A stretch of DNA of 64,000 nt from Takakia lepidozioides (taxonomy: Eukaryota; Plantae; Bryophyta), in NCBI GenBank assembly GCA_030704615.1, contig CM060731.1, positions 64,542,001 to 64,606,000 of the forward strand, written 5' to 3'. The notes below the pieces were generated by a model. The model saw only the letters and a program-made list of their open reading frames with translations. It had not been told where the DNA came from and made no database searches. The stretch's first letter is position 1. Each line of letters opens with the position of its first letter. The position numbers and the translations under genes are program-made. Shown here piece after piece: positions 12,158 through 25,262 of this stretch.

Positions 12158-14965
12158 ATGGCGAGTAGCGGAAAGGGTGATCGGATCACTGTGACGACAT
12201 TGCTGGACAAGGCAGCGGCAGAGCATGCCAAGAACCCAGCACTCATAGCATCGGGGGGCTCAACGCTGAGCCATGAGGAGCTCAAGTCCGCCATACTTAA
12301 AGCTGCTGTCGAGCTTCGCCGCGCGGGTGTGAAGCCTGGGCATCTCGTGTCGCTTGCATTTCCTAATTCTCTTGAGGTAAGTGGTAATATGGGTGGGAAT
12401 TCTGACAGGGCACCTCGGATCCGAGAGCCCAATTGGTGGAGGGTTTTTGATTGGGATGCACTTCGCCGATCAGAGTGTTTACGATGCTAGATTTGAGGGG
12501 ATGAGAGCTGGTCTGCTGGGGTTTTGTTGACTGGAAGATGTAAAGATTGTCCGGAATTGGGAAAAGAACGCCTCAAGCAGTAGGGTACATTTGTAATCCA
12601 TCGGTGCTTTGACTGGGTTCTTGATGTATGGGTCGTCATTCCCAAGAGAGACGATCTTGCTCAATCCCTGGAGAAATTCCTTGAAGAATCTTCTCTGGTG
12701 GTGTTAAAGGAAATTTGTTTGGCAGTTTGTGGTGGTGTTTTTAGCGGTCGCGAGAGTGCGGGCAGTGGCAGCTCCCCTAAATTCAGCCTACACGGACGAT
12801 GAGTTTAAGTTTTTCTTGGAGGATGCTGGTTCAACGCTGCTTTTGGTGCCTTCTGAGAGCGGAAATTCGCCAGCTGAGGCAGCTGCCGCACAGCTCAAGC
12901 TGCCAGTTGCTGGAGTGCACTGGGAGAAAGACAGCTCTGGCAGTGGGAATGTCAGCTTGGTGCCCAAGGCCCGCCTCAAACTGTCTCCGGTGCTTGAGGT
13001 GAGAATCATTTGAACCAACCTTAGAGCAGGACCATCTGGAGTAGAGGGGGAGAGAACCTTTCGGTGGTGTCTTGAGCCTCAAGCGGGTGGAAAATGGTAC
13101 AAAAGTCCACCCGCTTGAGGCTCACATCTTCTCCACACATCTTTCCATGTTCCTTTCCAAGAAGGAGCTCCATGATGGTTTCTCCATTTATGGGACCAGT
13201 TAGTGTTCATCATAAGAGCCGGCCTGAGCAGCAAGTAATCGAGTTTGACAGAGTAGACAGAAAAAGGGTCATGTTTCTTGTTCATCCCTAACCATTTCCC
13301 TGGATCAAAGCAGGTTTGATGTCATTCTGAGCAGCTTAAGGTGGTCCAGGAAGTTTTCAATTATTTTGTATTGTGTGCTTAGGCCAAAGCCTCATTACAA
13401 GGTTAAAAAATCTAGGCTTTTGGCTACTACAGAGTGATTTCTGGCACTCAAATTTACTAAGAATGTTCTGCATCATACTGTTGCTGTCAGGATTTGGCTG
13501 GATCTGAGCCTGAGGGAGAAGATGAAGCTCTCTTTCTCCACACCTCTGGGACAACAAGCCGGCCGAAAGGGGTACCTCTTACGCAGGCAAACCTGGCATC
13601 CTCAATTCAGCATATTGTGGCCACGTACGAGCTGGGCCCAACTGATAGATCACTTGTTGTGATGCCTTTGTTCCATGTGCATGGTCTAATGGCTGGACTG
13701 CTTTCATCACTCGCCGCTGGGGGGACAGCTATTCTTCCATCTACTGGACGATTCTCAGCTTCAACTTTCTGGAAGGATATAAAAAATAATGGGGCTACTT
13801 GGTACACTGCAGTCCCAACAATTCACCAAATTTTACTTAAGTTACATAAGAGCAACCCTGAGCAAGAGTACCCAAAATTGCGATTCATACGAAGCTGTAG
13901 CTCTAGTTTGGCACCAGCAGTCCTTGCTGATCTGGAGAAGTCCTTTCATTCTCCTGTACTGGAAGCTTATGCCATGACAGAAGCAAGCCATCAAATGACA
14001 TCAAATCCCCTTCCACAGCATGGCCCTCACAAACCTGGCACTGTTGGGAAGGCCACGGGCATTGAGCTTGGTGTCTTGAACGATGATGGAGAGCTCCAGA
14101 AACCTGGGAAGGAGGGTGAGGTCTGCATTCAAGGGCCCAATGTCACCACAGGCTACCGGAACAATCCTGATGCGAATAAGTCGGCCTATGCGTTTGGGTG
14201 GTTTCACACCGGTGACCGTGGTTTTGTCGATGAGGAAGGCTATCTCACCTTGACAGGTCGCATCAAAGAGCTCATCAATCGTGGAGGTGCGTGGATTATT
14301 TCTAACATCAATCAAAATTAACTTCCAAGGTTGAATCTTGCTCCACCCTTTGATCATGAATGGCTGTAGTTCAGAGCTGAAAGCTACAAAGTGGGATCAG
14401 TAAGGGTACCTGGAGAAGTCTGGGACTGGCCCCTAAGCCTTGTGTATATGATGTTTGTTACATGTGCCCACACAGGTGAAAAGATCTCTCCTCTGGAAGT
14501 TGATGCTGTGCTGCTTTCTCATCCATCAATCTCTGAGGCAGTTGCCTTCGCTGCTCCAGATGAGCATTTTGGTGAAGAGGTAAACCATCCCACTTTTCCA
14601 CCAGAAACTTGCAGGATAAAATGAGGTGCTGTCCCTCATTCCTTCATTCGGAAATGCAGGGAGATCTTTGGCACAAAAAGAGATATATTGGAGGTAGGCA
14701 GTCATTTTGTAGTCCTCAATATCACCTAATTTTTAGGGAATATTACTGTCTGGAGCAGGTCAATGCGGGAATTGTACTCAACAAGGGAGCTGTAGCAGAT
14801 GAGAAAGATATCATTAAGCACTGCAAGAAGAACTTGGCACCCTTCAAGATACCCAAGCGTTTTTTCTTTGTTGACAAGCTGCCACGCACAGCGACGGGCA
14901 AGATCCAGCGCCGGATTGTTGCGGAACATTTCCTCAAGCCCAAGAACGAGGGTACCTCAGGTTAG
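12158..14965 (+). CDS. AAE3: Oxalate--CoA ligase / acyl-activating enzyme 3-like (AMP-binding enzyme), 5 exons, 532 aa
   Basis: Exons 12158-12376, 12726-12998, 13491-14286, 14476-14579 and 14759-14965 have GT-AG junctions and compatible phases (1599 nt). Motifs: LFLHTSGTTSRPKGV, EAYAMTEASHQMTSNPLP, WFHTGDRG, RIKELINRGGEKISP, LPRTATGKIQRR. Confidence 0.93.
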
Positions 14966-15339
14966 CAGCCATCAGCAGGACATTCATCTCATTGGCTTGG
15001 AAGTGTAGATTAGTGGGCCATTGTGGGTTTACTGTAGTTTGTCTTTTAGGGGCTCAAGTTGGGTGCATACCCAGTAGAGGGAGTCTCCCTCATATTGTAC
15101 TGTCTCTTCCGGCACTGCAATAAAATCCAGGCTGTGCTGTAACATTGCAAGTTGCTCAGATGCCCCTGTCTCTGTTCTCATGGAAGTTAGGCTTGGTTAT
15201 CTTTTGTGTACAGGCATTTCACTCTGACAGACAGTTGTATTCAATAGACTGCGCATTGTGGCGTTCTGCCTGCACCTCCTGTGCTCAGTGTGGTAGGTAG
15301 GGGAGAGAGAAGAGAGAGACAGAAAGAGACAAGGAAAAA

Positions 15340-15695
15340 TGAAATGAAATGGTGCTTTATAACGTCCGCGGAAAGCTCATAGAGCTTATGGGACAAAATG
15401 GAAGAACATGAGAGAGGAACAAATCCAGAAACCACAATTAATGTTCTAGCGAGTCTAAGGGTGAAGGCCTCGTGCAAGTAGGCTGCCAAGCATTTTTTAT
15501 CCTCATAGTGAAAGACGTCAGTGAGAGTTTGGGTTCCACTGAATAAACAGTGGAATCTCCCACGGATCTCGTAGTATAGAGGGCAGTAGAAGAAGAAGTG
15601 TTCTTCAGTTTCAATTTCCTTGCTGCGCCCTATGCAAGCTGGACATAGGCGGTCCTCCCGTTGCAGGTTATCCCATCTGCCAGTCTCTATCCGTG
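15340..15695 (-). mobile_element. 3' fragment of an RTE/RTEX-like LINE (family B)
   Basis: RIETGRWDNLQREDRLCPAC...ETEEHFFFYCPLYYEIRGRFHCLF is a C-terminal CCHC finger. It has a short (CATTT)n tail at ~15340-15350 and interrupts a ~56-bp GA-rich tandem repeat (15311-15339, 15711-15810). Confidence 0.8.
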
Positions 15696-15814
15696 AAGAA
15701 ATTAAGAAATGAAGAAATTACAACAGCAGGAGGCTGAGAGAGAGACAGAAAGAGACAAGGAAAAACGAAGAAATTACAGCAGCAGGAGGCTGAGAGAGAG
15801 ACAGAGAATGTATT

Positions 15815-16380
15815 CATAAGACTATGTTTGCCGTAGCCTTGTGGCCATTGAGCGGCCATTGAGCCCGTGGCCAGTTTGAGCAGGACACAAAGGGACAGAA
15901 ACTACCGTCGTCAGGGGCTGACGCCGGTAGTATTGCTTACCTTGGAACAGACAATTGATCTGAGTTTTCCAGACATACTCTAGAAATCCCTTTACACAAG
16001 CATCAATCTGCTGTGTGTGGTTTGCCCAATAACTAGGCCCCAAAAGGGCCTGGGCTTTTGGCTCAGCCTCGAGCCTGTCAAAGTTCGTAAATAGAGGTAC
16101 AGGCACAATTCCCTTGATGGATTTGAAGAGGACATCTCTCTGGTGAGAGTACCCAGGACAATGAATCAGGATATTGTCTTCAGGTTGCCCAGGCAACGGG
16201 CATTTCCTCCCTTTCCTCTCTGCTTCTGTTTCCTGTTCAAAGGTAGGCTCACCGCCCTGAGTTTAAATTTCAGTCTAGTGCCGAGGGTGGGTAACACCTT
16301 TGAGGTCATCCATGATGGCCTCTCCCATGTCACAGACTGGAAATAAGTTCAGGGAAGTTTTCTGCCTAACTTCATTGGAT
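15815..16380 (-). mobile_element. 5'-truncated copy of RTE/RTEX-like LINE family A
   Basis: Near-collinear with 44310-44875 (GQPEDNI..LIHCPGYSHQRD...AEPKAQALL...WANHTQ). Confidence 0.9.
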
Positions 16381-16419
16381 GAGAGGAACCAATGGATGTG
16401 AATGTTTGTGTTTGGGATA

Positions 16420-17200
16420 AAATATCACAGAAAAGCACACAGCCTTTCATTTCCAGCAAACCTTGGCAAATGTATGTTCAAAACCAAAATAGCATCCCTT
16501 ATTTCAGTTGTGCAATTGAACTAAATTAGGCGTGAGTTCCCAAGCACTCTCGTTGAGCCAACCAAAGACTCGATTGCTGTCCTAAAAATGACAATTGGGT
16601 GTGCAAGTAACAGAAAAACACACTCAGCCTTTCATTTCCAGCAATGTTCAAAACCTTGCTGAACCCCAAATAGTGTCCCTTATTTTAGTTGTGCAAATGA
16701 ACTCAATTAGGTGTGAGTTCCCAAGCACTCTCCCTGAGCCAACCAAAGACTCTATTGCTGTCCTGAAAATGACAATTGGGTGTGCATTTTATAGCAAGTG
16801 AGAACTAAAGATATGAGGCATCAAAGCAGATTTCCACCAGCTCATTGGCAACCTCCGGCATAGCGAATGATGGGGCAGGGTGGAACGGGTTTTTATTGAT
16901 TTTCCAAAAATGTTTCGGACTGAGGCTTTTCGAGACCGGCAGGGCTGTTGTACCACTGACCCTTTCCAGCTACTAGACAGAGAATTGTGACCATAGTATA
17001 AAAAGAGGCTGGCATACCAGGTCTGGTGCACCAAAGCCAGCACAGCGAATCAGCAGCCAGTCCATTATAGCGTTAGTGCCAATGGCAGCCATACTGATAT
17101 GAAAGGTGGCCGGTCATCGCCTAGCTCTAGCATAGAACACCCACATCAACACATCCTGTGCAAGGTAAAACGTTGATCCTAGAGCATCTACGGTTACAGA
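16420..17200 (-). pseudogene. Duplicated murJ fragment (exon 18 plus downstream intron), disabled
   Basis: Matches 25930-26460. The pseudo-exon 17187-17018 has a 4-bp insertion creating a TGA and a 1-bp deletion. About 190 bp of the intron is tandemly duplicated (16420-16600 / 16610-16790). Confidence 0.9.
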
Positions 17201-17530
17201 TTTTCCATCTGCAGTACGTTATAAAGTACCATTTCATTTCATTTCATCTTAGGTCTTGTGCATGATCAAAACCATGTAGACATCTATCATAGATAACCTT
17301 TTTACTGATTTCTGTTGCCGTCCATCTATGATAACAGGAAGCACAAGCTAACGAGGTACTCTAAACCCCAAGCACAGACTGTACAAGCAATTGATATCAA
17401 TCCCAAGCTCGGTCTTTGGAGGAGCTCTGAAATGAGCTGCCCTTTCTACATTAACACAATTATGCACAGACATTGAGTTCTGCTATGCAGGGTCCAAACG
17501 TTTTGAGAGTGTTCTCCTATTCAGTGTCAG

Positions 17531-19048
17531 TCATATTGCAACTATACCTTTGTGCCTAATGATGGATAGATGAGACATTGCTGCACGCCTGTTTTTTAAT
17601 CTGCTATTGTGGAGGGCTTGAAGCCATCCCCATAATCCTATCATCAGATCATACGCTAGGGTCGGTGATTGCTGGCCCGGCTGTTTTGTGAGTAACAGAT
17701 CAACACACCGAGGTACCATATACCAATCATCCGGGTGGTTATAACCATCAAGACCTGCAAAGAAATGACTGCGCATGTGGTCAGGACTTCTGGTAATCCA
17801 CTTCCACCCCAGGGTGGGGATGTCCAACTCCCACAAACAAATGTCTAAGGGGTTTCGAGGGTCCCAAGGCCCAACACCCCCAACCAGCAGTATGCGAGCT
17901 TGAATCTCCACAAAGACTGAAAATGGTCTGAAAGTTAAAGCGCAAAATACGTGGCATCGGTATAGGCACCTTCCTCCAAACAACCACTCACAATGTCATA
18001 GGCCAGCAATACCACGGGGCACTCCATTCCAACATCCCCCCATCAGCAGTGTGCGAGCGTCAGTCTTCACAAGGATTGAATATCTCAATCTAGGAGTTGG
18101 CATGCCAATAGGCACCTTCCTCCACACACCATTAACAATGTCATATGCCAGGAATACTCCGCCAAACTTCTCTCCAGGTTCAAAAGCCAGGCCATACAGA
18201 ACATTGCCGCATCTCACAACACTAAAATTACACTTGGGAAAAGCTGTTGGTGTGTTTCCAGTTTCCCTCCAAGACTTGGAGACAGAGTCGTACACCAGCG
18301 TCCTATAAGGTCTGACCTCGCACAAGTCATAGCCTACCACAATCAGCGCGTACGTCTTGGTGGATTTATCCACAACCAATTCGATGAAAACGTAACCCAT
18401 TCGGCGAGTTGGTGCAATATTCAGGGCAGGCAGTTGTCTGCAGGTCTTCGACAGAGGGTTGCACACAGTGAAGATAGCCTGCCAGGGAAAGCAGCCACTG
18501 GGAAGATATTCATCGCTTACAGATAAAATACAAAGCAGACCTCCATCTGCAGCCACACCAAGGTGAATAATGCGTTCCGGCGCCCCACTATCGAATATCA
18601 ATGAACCCAGGTGATTGGCAAGGAAAGGCATGGCACAAGATTGCCAGTAACAATTTGTACGATCGTACACTCTGATAAGATTTGGCATCGTGGAATCAAC
18701 AGCAGTGAAATATCTCGCGAAATCTATATCATCCTCAAGCTGAGTGATGCTAGAGAAAAGCTCCAAAAAACCTGGAGAAGAGGGCAGAGCACTCCAGCGC
18801 TTGCACGCCAACCGTAAGCCGCAAAGGCGTGGATACGGTAAGCATGCTAGCACCATGTCCAATAATTCGGAAGGGAGTCTACTTCACAACTGCTCGTCCA
18901 TCGCCCCTGCCGGTAGACACAAGGATGCAGGAGCCTTCATCGAAAGCGGCTCGCCGTGAAGGCGTTGCTTGACATTTCGCTGCGCCCCATCAGAAGCTGA
19001 TCCCACAGCGGCCGGACGCTGCCCAACATCACTACCGCCGAGCACCAT
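17531..19048 (-). pseudogene. F-box/kelch(FBA)-like pseudogene, copy 1
   Basis: MDEQL*SRLPSELLDMVLACLPY has a TGA at the conserved Trp (18886-18884). AADGGLLC and VCNPLSK motifs are present, with frameshifts near 18000. A TATA box is at 19314-19321. Confidence 0.85.
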
Positions 19049-20227
19049 GCGTACCAAATGGAATCTGAGTGGATCAAGTTATTGACACTTGAAGACTTGA
19101 AGGCAGAAGTACAGAAAATACTTGTTGTGGGAGGCTGTAAATCTTCAATTGTAAAGGCAAGAGTTGTTGTGGGCGGCTATAAATCTTCTTTCAATGCAAT
19201 TGCAAAGGCAAGAGCTGGTGGGACGAAGAAGGCAGCTAAGGCAGGCACAGTGGAAGAGACGAGAGAGCGCCTCACAACACGAGAGAGAAACACAAGACGA
19301 TCAGACTCGGGGCTTTTATACTCTGACTCGCAAAAGTCTGTGAAAAGACATCACAACAATATTTTTAGACATCCCATACGTACATCCATACATGTCAGTT
19401 GGCAGCGATCGCGGGTGGATCCCTCTTTTGTTATTTTTAGAGAAAGGGGACTGATGGTAAAAGTAACTGACACAACTCCTTCGTGCTCTCCTCCCTTAGA
19501 TACGTATACTCGCTTCTTTCCAACTCGAACTGCATGGCAGCACCATCTTCTTACGTAGTTTTCCTACATCTAGTTTATTAGGATACAAACACTGACCAAG
19601 TTGATCGACAGTTTCTCTCACAGCAAGATATCAAGATTCAATCCAGAGAGAGGCGCTTCAAACAACCTCATCAAAAGCATGACTTTGCTCATCTCACCGA
19701 TGAAGAGAACACTTTTCAGGCTTATTGTGTAGCGCATGCGCCAGTCTCTGAGTTCGGATAGTAGCCTACTCCCAGCAGTTTGCTATACGAGTACTCTGCT
19801 TTGGTGGGTTGCCCCTTTCAAAATAGCCGAGTGGACTATCAAGCTAGAGTTTCCCACTGACACAACGGGCTCGCTTCCTGAACAAGGAGTTGACAAGAAT
19901 TCACTCTAGTTCAAGACTATTTGGTACAGCAGGTGACATACGTCATCCTCCATGAAGTTTGATGTAAACAAGCCTTAAACGGCAATGGGCTCTCTTTCTC
20001 TTGCTCTGGCAAAGCAGAAGAGGAAGGTGAGAGTAAGGGGCATGACTCAGCACAACACACCAATCGGAGCCTTGACACGGTGTAAGGCCCTTTGACCACA
20101 TTTTCTCCATTGACCTGAACATGTTGCAAGTCTCTCCGATAGACAAACCATCCATAAGAACATAAGACAAATAGAAATCTTTTACATTTTGCGGTCAAAG
20201 TTGCTTTCCACTGGCCCGCGTTAGAGA

Positions 20228-21956
20228 CTAGTCTAAGTACAGGCGCACTGTGACACGAAGCTCTTTGAGCATGTCCACTGCTGTGGAGCCTCTGAATTTG
20301 TCACTCATGGCAACTTTGTGGAACCAGAAACACGCCTTGGCTATGGCGACCACCCCATCTCCCTCCACCTCCTTGCACTCGGTAATGCATAGGCTCCGCA
20401 GCATCTGACACTCGCTAAAATGCTCCAGCCCTGTGTCTGTTATACGTGTGCCCGCCAAGTTGAGATCAGCGAGATGCCTGCAATTCTGTGCTAGCACCTC
20501 GAGCCCTTCATCTGTGACCCAGGAGCAATCGTCAAGGTCGAGCGACTGAACAGCTGAGAATTGGGCAATGGCCCACATATTCCGTATGGCCTCACAATGC
20601 TCCATGCCCAAATGTTTCAACCCGGGCGCCCCACTGGCTATGGCAGCCAATGCCGAGTCATCCACACGAGTACGGCTCAAGTCCAAAAACTGCAAGTTCA
20701 TGCACCCCGCAATCCTGGAATAGCCGATTGCAGAAGGGCCACAGCAGTTTTTCAGATCTAAATACCTCAACCCTTTATTCCCATCCATCAGCATTTGCAA
20801 CTCAATATCCCGAACACCCACGCTGCCGTAACGTAAAGAGAAATGTCTCAAGGCAAGCCCACCCAACCCAACCTGCGCCGGTCCCTGTGCAAAGAACCTA
20901 AAATTACTAAGAGTCAGATGTACCAAGGACTTGCAGTGCGCAATGCACAGCAATGCTGCCTCTGATATCCCGTTCAGATGGAGTTTTTGAAGCTTAGGAC
21001 ACTTCAGTAAAATCCCTATCACGGCCTCATCACTCAATGGACGTCCTCCAGTGCAGACAAGCTCGACCAAGTTCCCGTTTGCTGATGCTATGGAGAGCAC
21101 GACCTCATCCATACTCTCCTTGTGATACGGTTCAAAAGCTATAGAAAACAGGGAAGTACACCCCACAAGCTCTCCCAAGTTTGGAGCTCCGCCCGTCAAA
21201 ACAATCTCCTGTAATGACACCCAGTGGCTAGAGACCGCAAGGCCATGTCAATGTTGACCCAGCCCAATTCTAAGGCTACTTTACGCAAACCTGCACATTT
21301 TGCGCCTATAATCACCAACCCCTCTGGAGAAAAGGGAATGTCTATCAAAGTGATCTCCTCTAGACACAAGCACCGCGTGATTGCTTCCAATGCCTTATCT
21401 GTGAGGCTTTGGCACCTTTCCAGGTGTAAAATTCGCAAAAACTGGCATCCTTCCACCAGGGACAGAATGCCCTTAGCTGACAGCCGATTAATGCACGTCA
21501 AGCTTATGCTCTCCAGCTTTACACAGTTTCTTGCGAACGCCTCCAGCCCTTCGTTTGTCATCTTCTTCTGAGCTTTGTCCACGTGCCCAATTTTCAGGGA
21601 TCGCAACTCGGTAAAGGTCGACGCAGCCAGAATCAGATCCAAGTCGCGGAGTTATTTAGTGTACTTGGTGAGATCGAGATGCATGACAGGCCTGAACTTT
21701 GTGAGAAATTGTGAAGTGAACGATGCTCGGGACCGCATTAGCAATTCTCGCGAGCGCAGCGTTAGCTTGTGCACACTCCTTATGGCCGCCTCACTCCGCA
21801 GCTTGTTTCCCAGCCCTGCTGCGTGCCAATCCACACCGTCGTCCAATCTCTGTGCGATTTGCTCCACCAAGCCCACATCCCTCAGAGCCACGTCCATGCT
21901 GCTCTCAGCAGATTCGTTCCCTCTTGTGAGAATCCGTGCCCACCGTAGCCTCCATC
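20228..21956 (-). pseudogene. F-box/LRR (FBXL, RNI-like) pseudogene, tandem copy A
   Basis: Cys-containing LRRs (LxxLxLxxCxxITDxGL). Relative to copy B it has a +1 frameshift near the start, an in-frame TAA at ~21652 and a 4-bp deletion at ~21215. Confidence 0.88.
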
Positions 21957-22118
21957 ACCAACTGGGTCGTGTGCATGCGGAAGATTTGTAGAGGACAATC
22001 TATGCGTGTATAACTCATCATGTCTCTTCTGATTGCAGTTATTAGGTTGGGCGGCTGTAATCAATGCTAATTGCACTGATTATCAGTGCTCTTTAGGCTC
22101 AGCCGGCACGCATTAAGG

Positions 22119-22356
22119 GCTTACCTCATTCCTCTTATCTTCCCTAGTGGATCCTCTTTTGTTCTTTTTAGAGGAAGGAGATTGATGGTAAAAGTAGTGC
22201 TTACCTCATTCCTCTTATCTTCCCTAATGGATCCTCTTTTGTTCTTTTTAGAGGAAGGAGATTGATGGTAAAAGTAGTGCTTATCTCGTTCCTCTTATCT
22301 TCCCTAGTGGATCCTCTTTTGTTCTTTTTAGAGAAAGGAGATTGATGGTAAAAGTA
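22119..22356. repeat. Tandem repeat, 3 x 80 bp
   Basis: Units start at 22119, 22199 and 22279 (gcttacctcattcctcttatcttccctagtggatcctc...ggtaaaagta). Confidence 0.95.
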
Positions 22357-22956
22357 ACTTACACAACTCCTTCGTGCTCTCCTTCCTTATGACACATATA
22401 CTCGCTTCTTTCCAAGTCGAACAGCATGGCAGCACCATTTCTTACGTAGTTTTCTAGACCTTTATATATAGTTCGATACAAACACTGATCAACTTGTTCG
22501 ACAGTTTCTCTCACAGCAAGAAATCAAGATGAAATCCAGAGAGACGCGCTTCGAACTACCTCGGTATGCACATGGGCGGAGCTCGATCACCAGCATGGAG
22601 GTTATCTCACCCACGAAGAAAACACTTTCCAGGCTTACTATTGTGTAGCCAGTCTCTGTCCAATAAGGATGCCGATCTCTTTCTAAAGTTTGCCGGAGAA
22701 ATACGAGTACCCTGCTTTGGTAGGTTTCCCTTCTCAAAATAACCGAGTGCACAATCAAGAGTTTCGGAGTGACACAACGGGCTCGCTTCCTGAACAAGGA
22801 GTTGACACATAATTCACCATAGAAGACTCCATTTGGTACGGCAGGTGTACTTCATCCTCCAACAAGTTTTTGTGTAAACAAAGTAAGAAATTCGGTAGAC
22901 AAACTATCCAAAAGAACATAAAACAAATAGAAATCTTTTACATTTTGAGGTCAGAG

Positions 22957-24736
22957 TTAGTCTAGCAGGTGCACTGTGACACGAAGCTGTTTGAGCATGC
23001 CTACTGCAGTGGATCCTCTGAAGTTGTTACTCATGACAACTTTGTGGAACCAGAAACACGCCTTGGCTATAACGACCACCCCATCTCCCTTCACCTCCTT
23101 GCACTTGGTAATGCGTAGGCTCCGCAGCATCTGACACTCGCTCAAATGCTTCAGCCCTGTGTCTGTTATACGTGTGCACCCCAAGTTCAGATCAGTGAGA
23201 TGCCTGCAATTCTGTGCTAGCACCTCGAGCCCTTCATTTGTGACGCAGGAGCATGCTTCAAGGTCGAGCGACTGGACAGCTGAGAATTGGGCAATGGCCC
23301 ACATATTCCGTATGCGCTCACAATGGCCCAACCAAATGTTTCAACCAGGGCACCCCACTGGCTATGGCAGTCAATGCCGACTCATCCACACGAGTACCGC
23401 TCAAGTCCAAAGACTGCAAGTTCATGCACCCCGCAATCCTGGAATAGCCGATTATAGAGCAGTTTCGGAGAACTAAATACCTCAACCCTTTATTCCCATC
23501 CATCAGCATTTGCAAGTCAATATCCCAAACATTCCCGGCATGATATAAAGAAAAATGTGTTAAGGAAAAATGTCTCAAGGCAAGCCCACCCAACCCAACC
23601 TGCGCAGGACCGTGTCCGGAGAACCTAAAATGACCAAGAGTCAGATGTACCAAGGACTTGCAGTGCACAATGCACAGCAATGCTGCCTCTGATATCCCGT
23701 CCAGATGAAGTTTTTGAAGCTTAGGACACTTCAGTAAAATCCCTATCACAGCCTCATCACTCAATGGACGTCCTCCAGTGCAGACAAGCTCGACCAAGTT
23801 CCCGTTTGCCGATGCTATGGAGAGCACGGCCTCATCGATATTCTCAAAGTAATTAGACGTAAAAAAAGCTATAGAAAGCAGGGAAGTACACTCCACAAGC
23901 TCTCCCAAGTTTGGAGATTCGCCCGTCAAAACAATCTCCTGCAATTGAAGACACCCAGTGGCTAGAGACCGCAAGGCCATGTCAATGTTGACCAAGCCCA
24001 GGTCTAAGGCTACTTTACGCAAACCTGCACATTTTGCGCCTATAATCACCAACCCATCTGGAGAAAAGGGAATGTCTATCAAAGTGATCTCCTCTAGACA
24101 CAAGCACCGCGTGATTGCTTCCAATGCCTTATCTGTGAGGATTTGGCACCTTTCCAGGTGTAAAATTCGCAAAAACTGGCATCCTTCCACCAGGGACAGA
24201 ATGCCCTGAGCTGACAGCCGATTAATGCACGTCAAGCTTACGCTCTCCAGCTTTACACAGTTCCTTGCGAACGCCTCCAGCCCTTTGTTCGTCATCTTCT
24301 TCTGAGCTTTGTCCATGTGCCCAACTTTCAGGGATCGCAACTCAGGAAAGGTCGACGCAGCCAGAATCAGATCCAAGTCGTGCAGCTGGTTAGTGCACTG
24401 GGAGAGATCAAGACGCATGACATGCCTGAACTTTGTGAGGAAATGTGACGGTAACGATGCTCGGGACCGCTTTAACAACTCTCGCGAGCGCAGCGTTAGC
24501 TTGTGCACACTCCTTATAGCCGCCTCATTCCACAGCTTGTTTACCAGCCCTGCTGCGTGCCTATCGCCGTCGTCCAATCTCTGCAGGATTTGCTCCACCA
24601 AGCCCACATCCCTCAGAGCCACGTCCATGCTGCTCTCAGCAGATCGTTCCCTCTTGTGAGAATCCGTGCCCACCATCGACTCCATCACCGCCCCTCCTGT
24701 ATCAAAATAACTAGGTCGTGTGCATGTAGAGGACAA
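22957..24736 (-). pseudogene. F-box/LRR (FBXL) gene, tandem copy B; one frameshift near 23330 (pseudogene or truncated allele)
   Basis: A 472-aa ORF plus a 124-aa ORF are collinear with copy A. The F-box-like N-terminus is LVEQILQRL...AAGLVNKLW, followed by many LRRs. Confidence 0.85.
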
Positions 24737-25262
24737 TCTACGCGTGTAGAACTCATCATGTTTGGAGCACCTTATTCTGTTTCAGAGCACTTTTGTTGTA
24801 GTGATTAGGACGAGCGAAAACAGTACCTACAAGGGTGTTGTACAGTCGATCGTTACCCCGTTCATCCGCAGGTCGTTTAGAGAAGACATCCGAATGCGAA
24901 TCGCTGGGAGCACTTGAACAGAATGGGCTGGGACACATCTTCCAAAAAAACGAAGACTGGGAAAGGGGAGGCGCAGAGAGATTTAGCACATACAGGGTGG
25001 TGTCTCCAATGAGGCGGAAGTTAAAGGTGCTTTGCAATGTCACTGAGACACACCACAACCAAGGTAAAACGATACTTCAGACCCATATTTGAAGATTTTG
25101 GGGAGGGTCATTTGTAAGTGAAATGGTGTGGTGTGGGCTCCCATGGGGTTGCAGAAATCTGGATGGAGTACAGCTATATGCCTGAATTGGCAATAACGGA
25201 GAAGTCACCAAATGCATACAGCTGAATTGTATCGGATATAATCTCACAATTGCCATGCACCT

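Noticed and set aside
22119-22356. CRISPR-like array
   Set aside because: Contiguous 80-bp units with no unique spacers, no cas genes, and a eukaryotic context.
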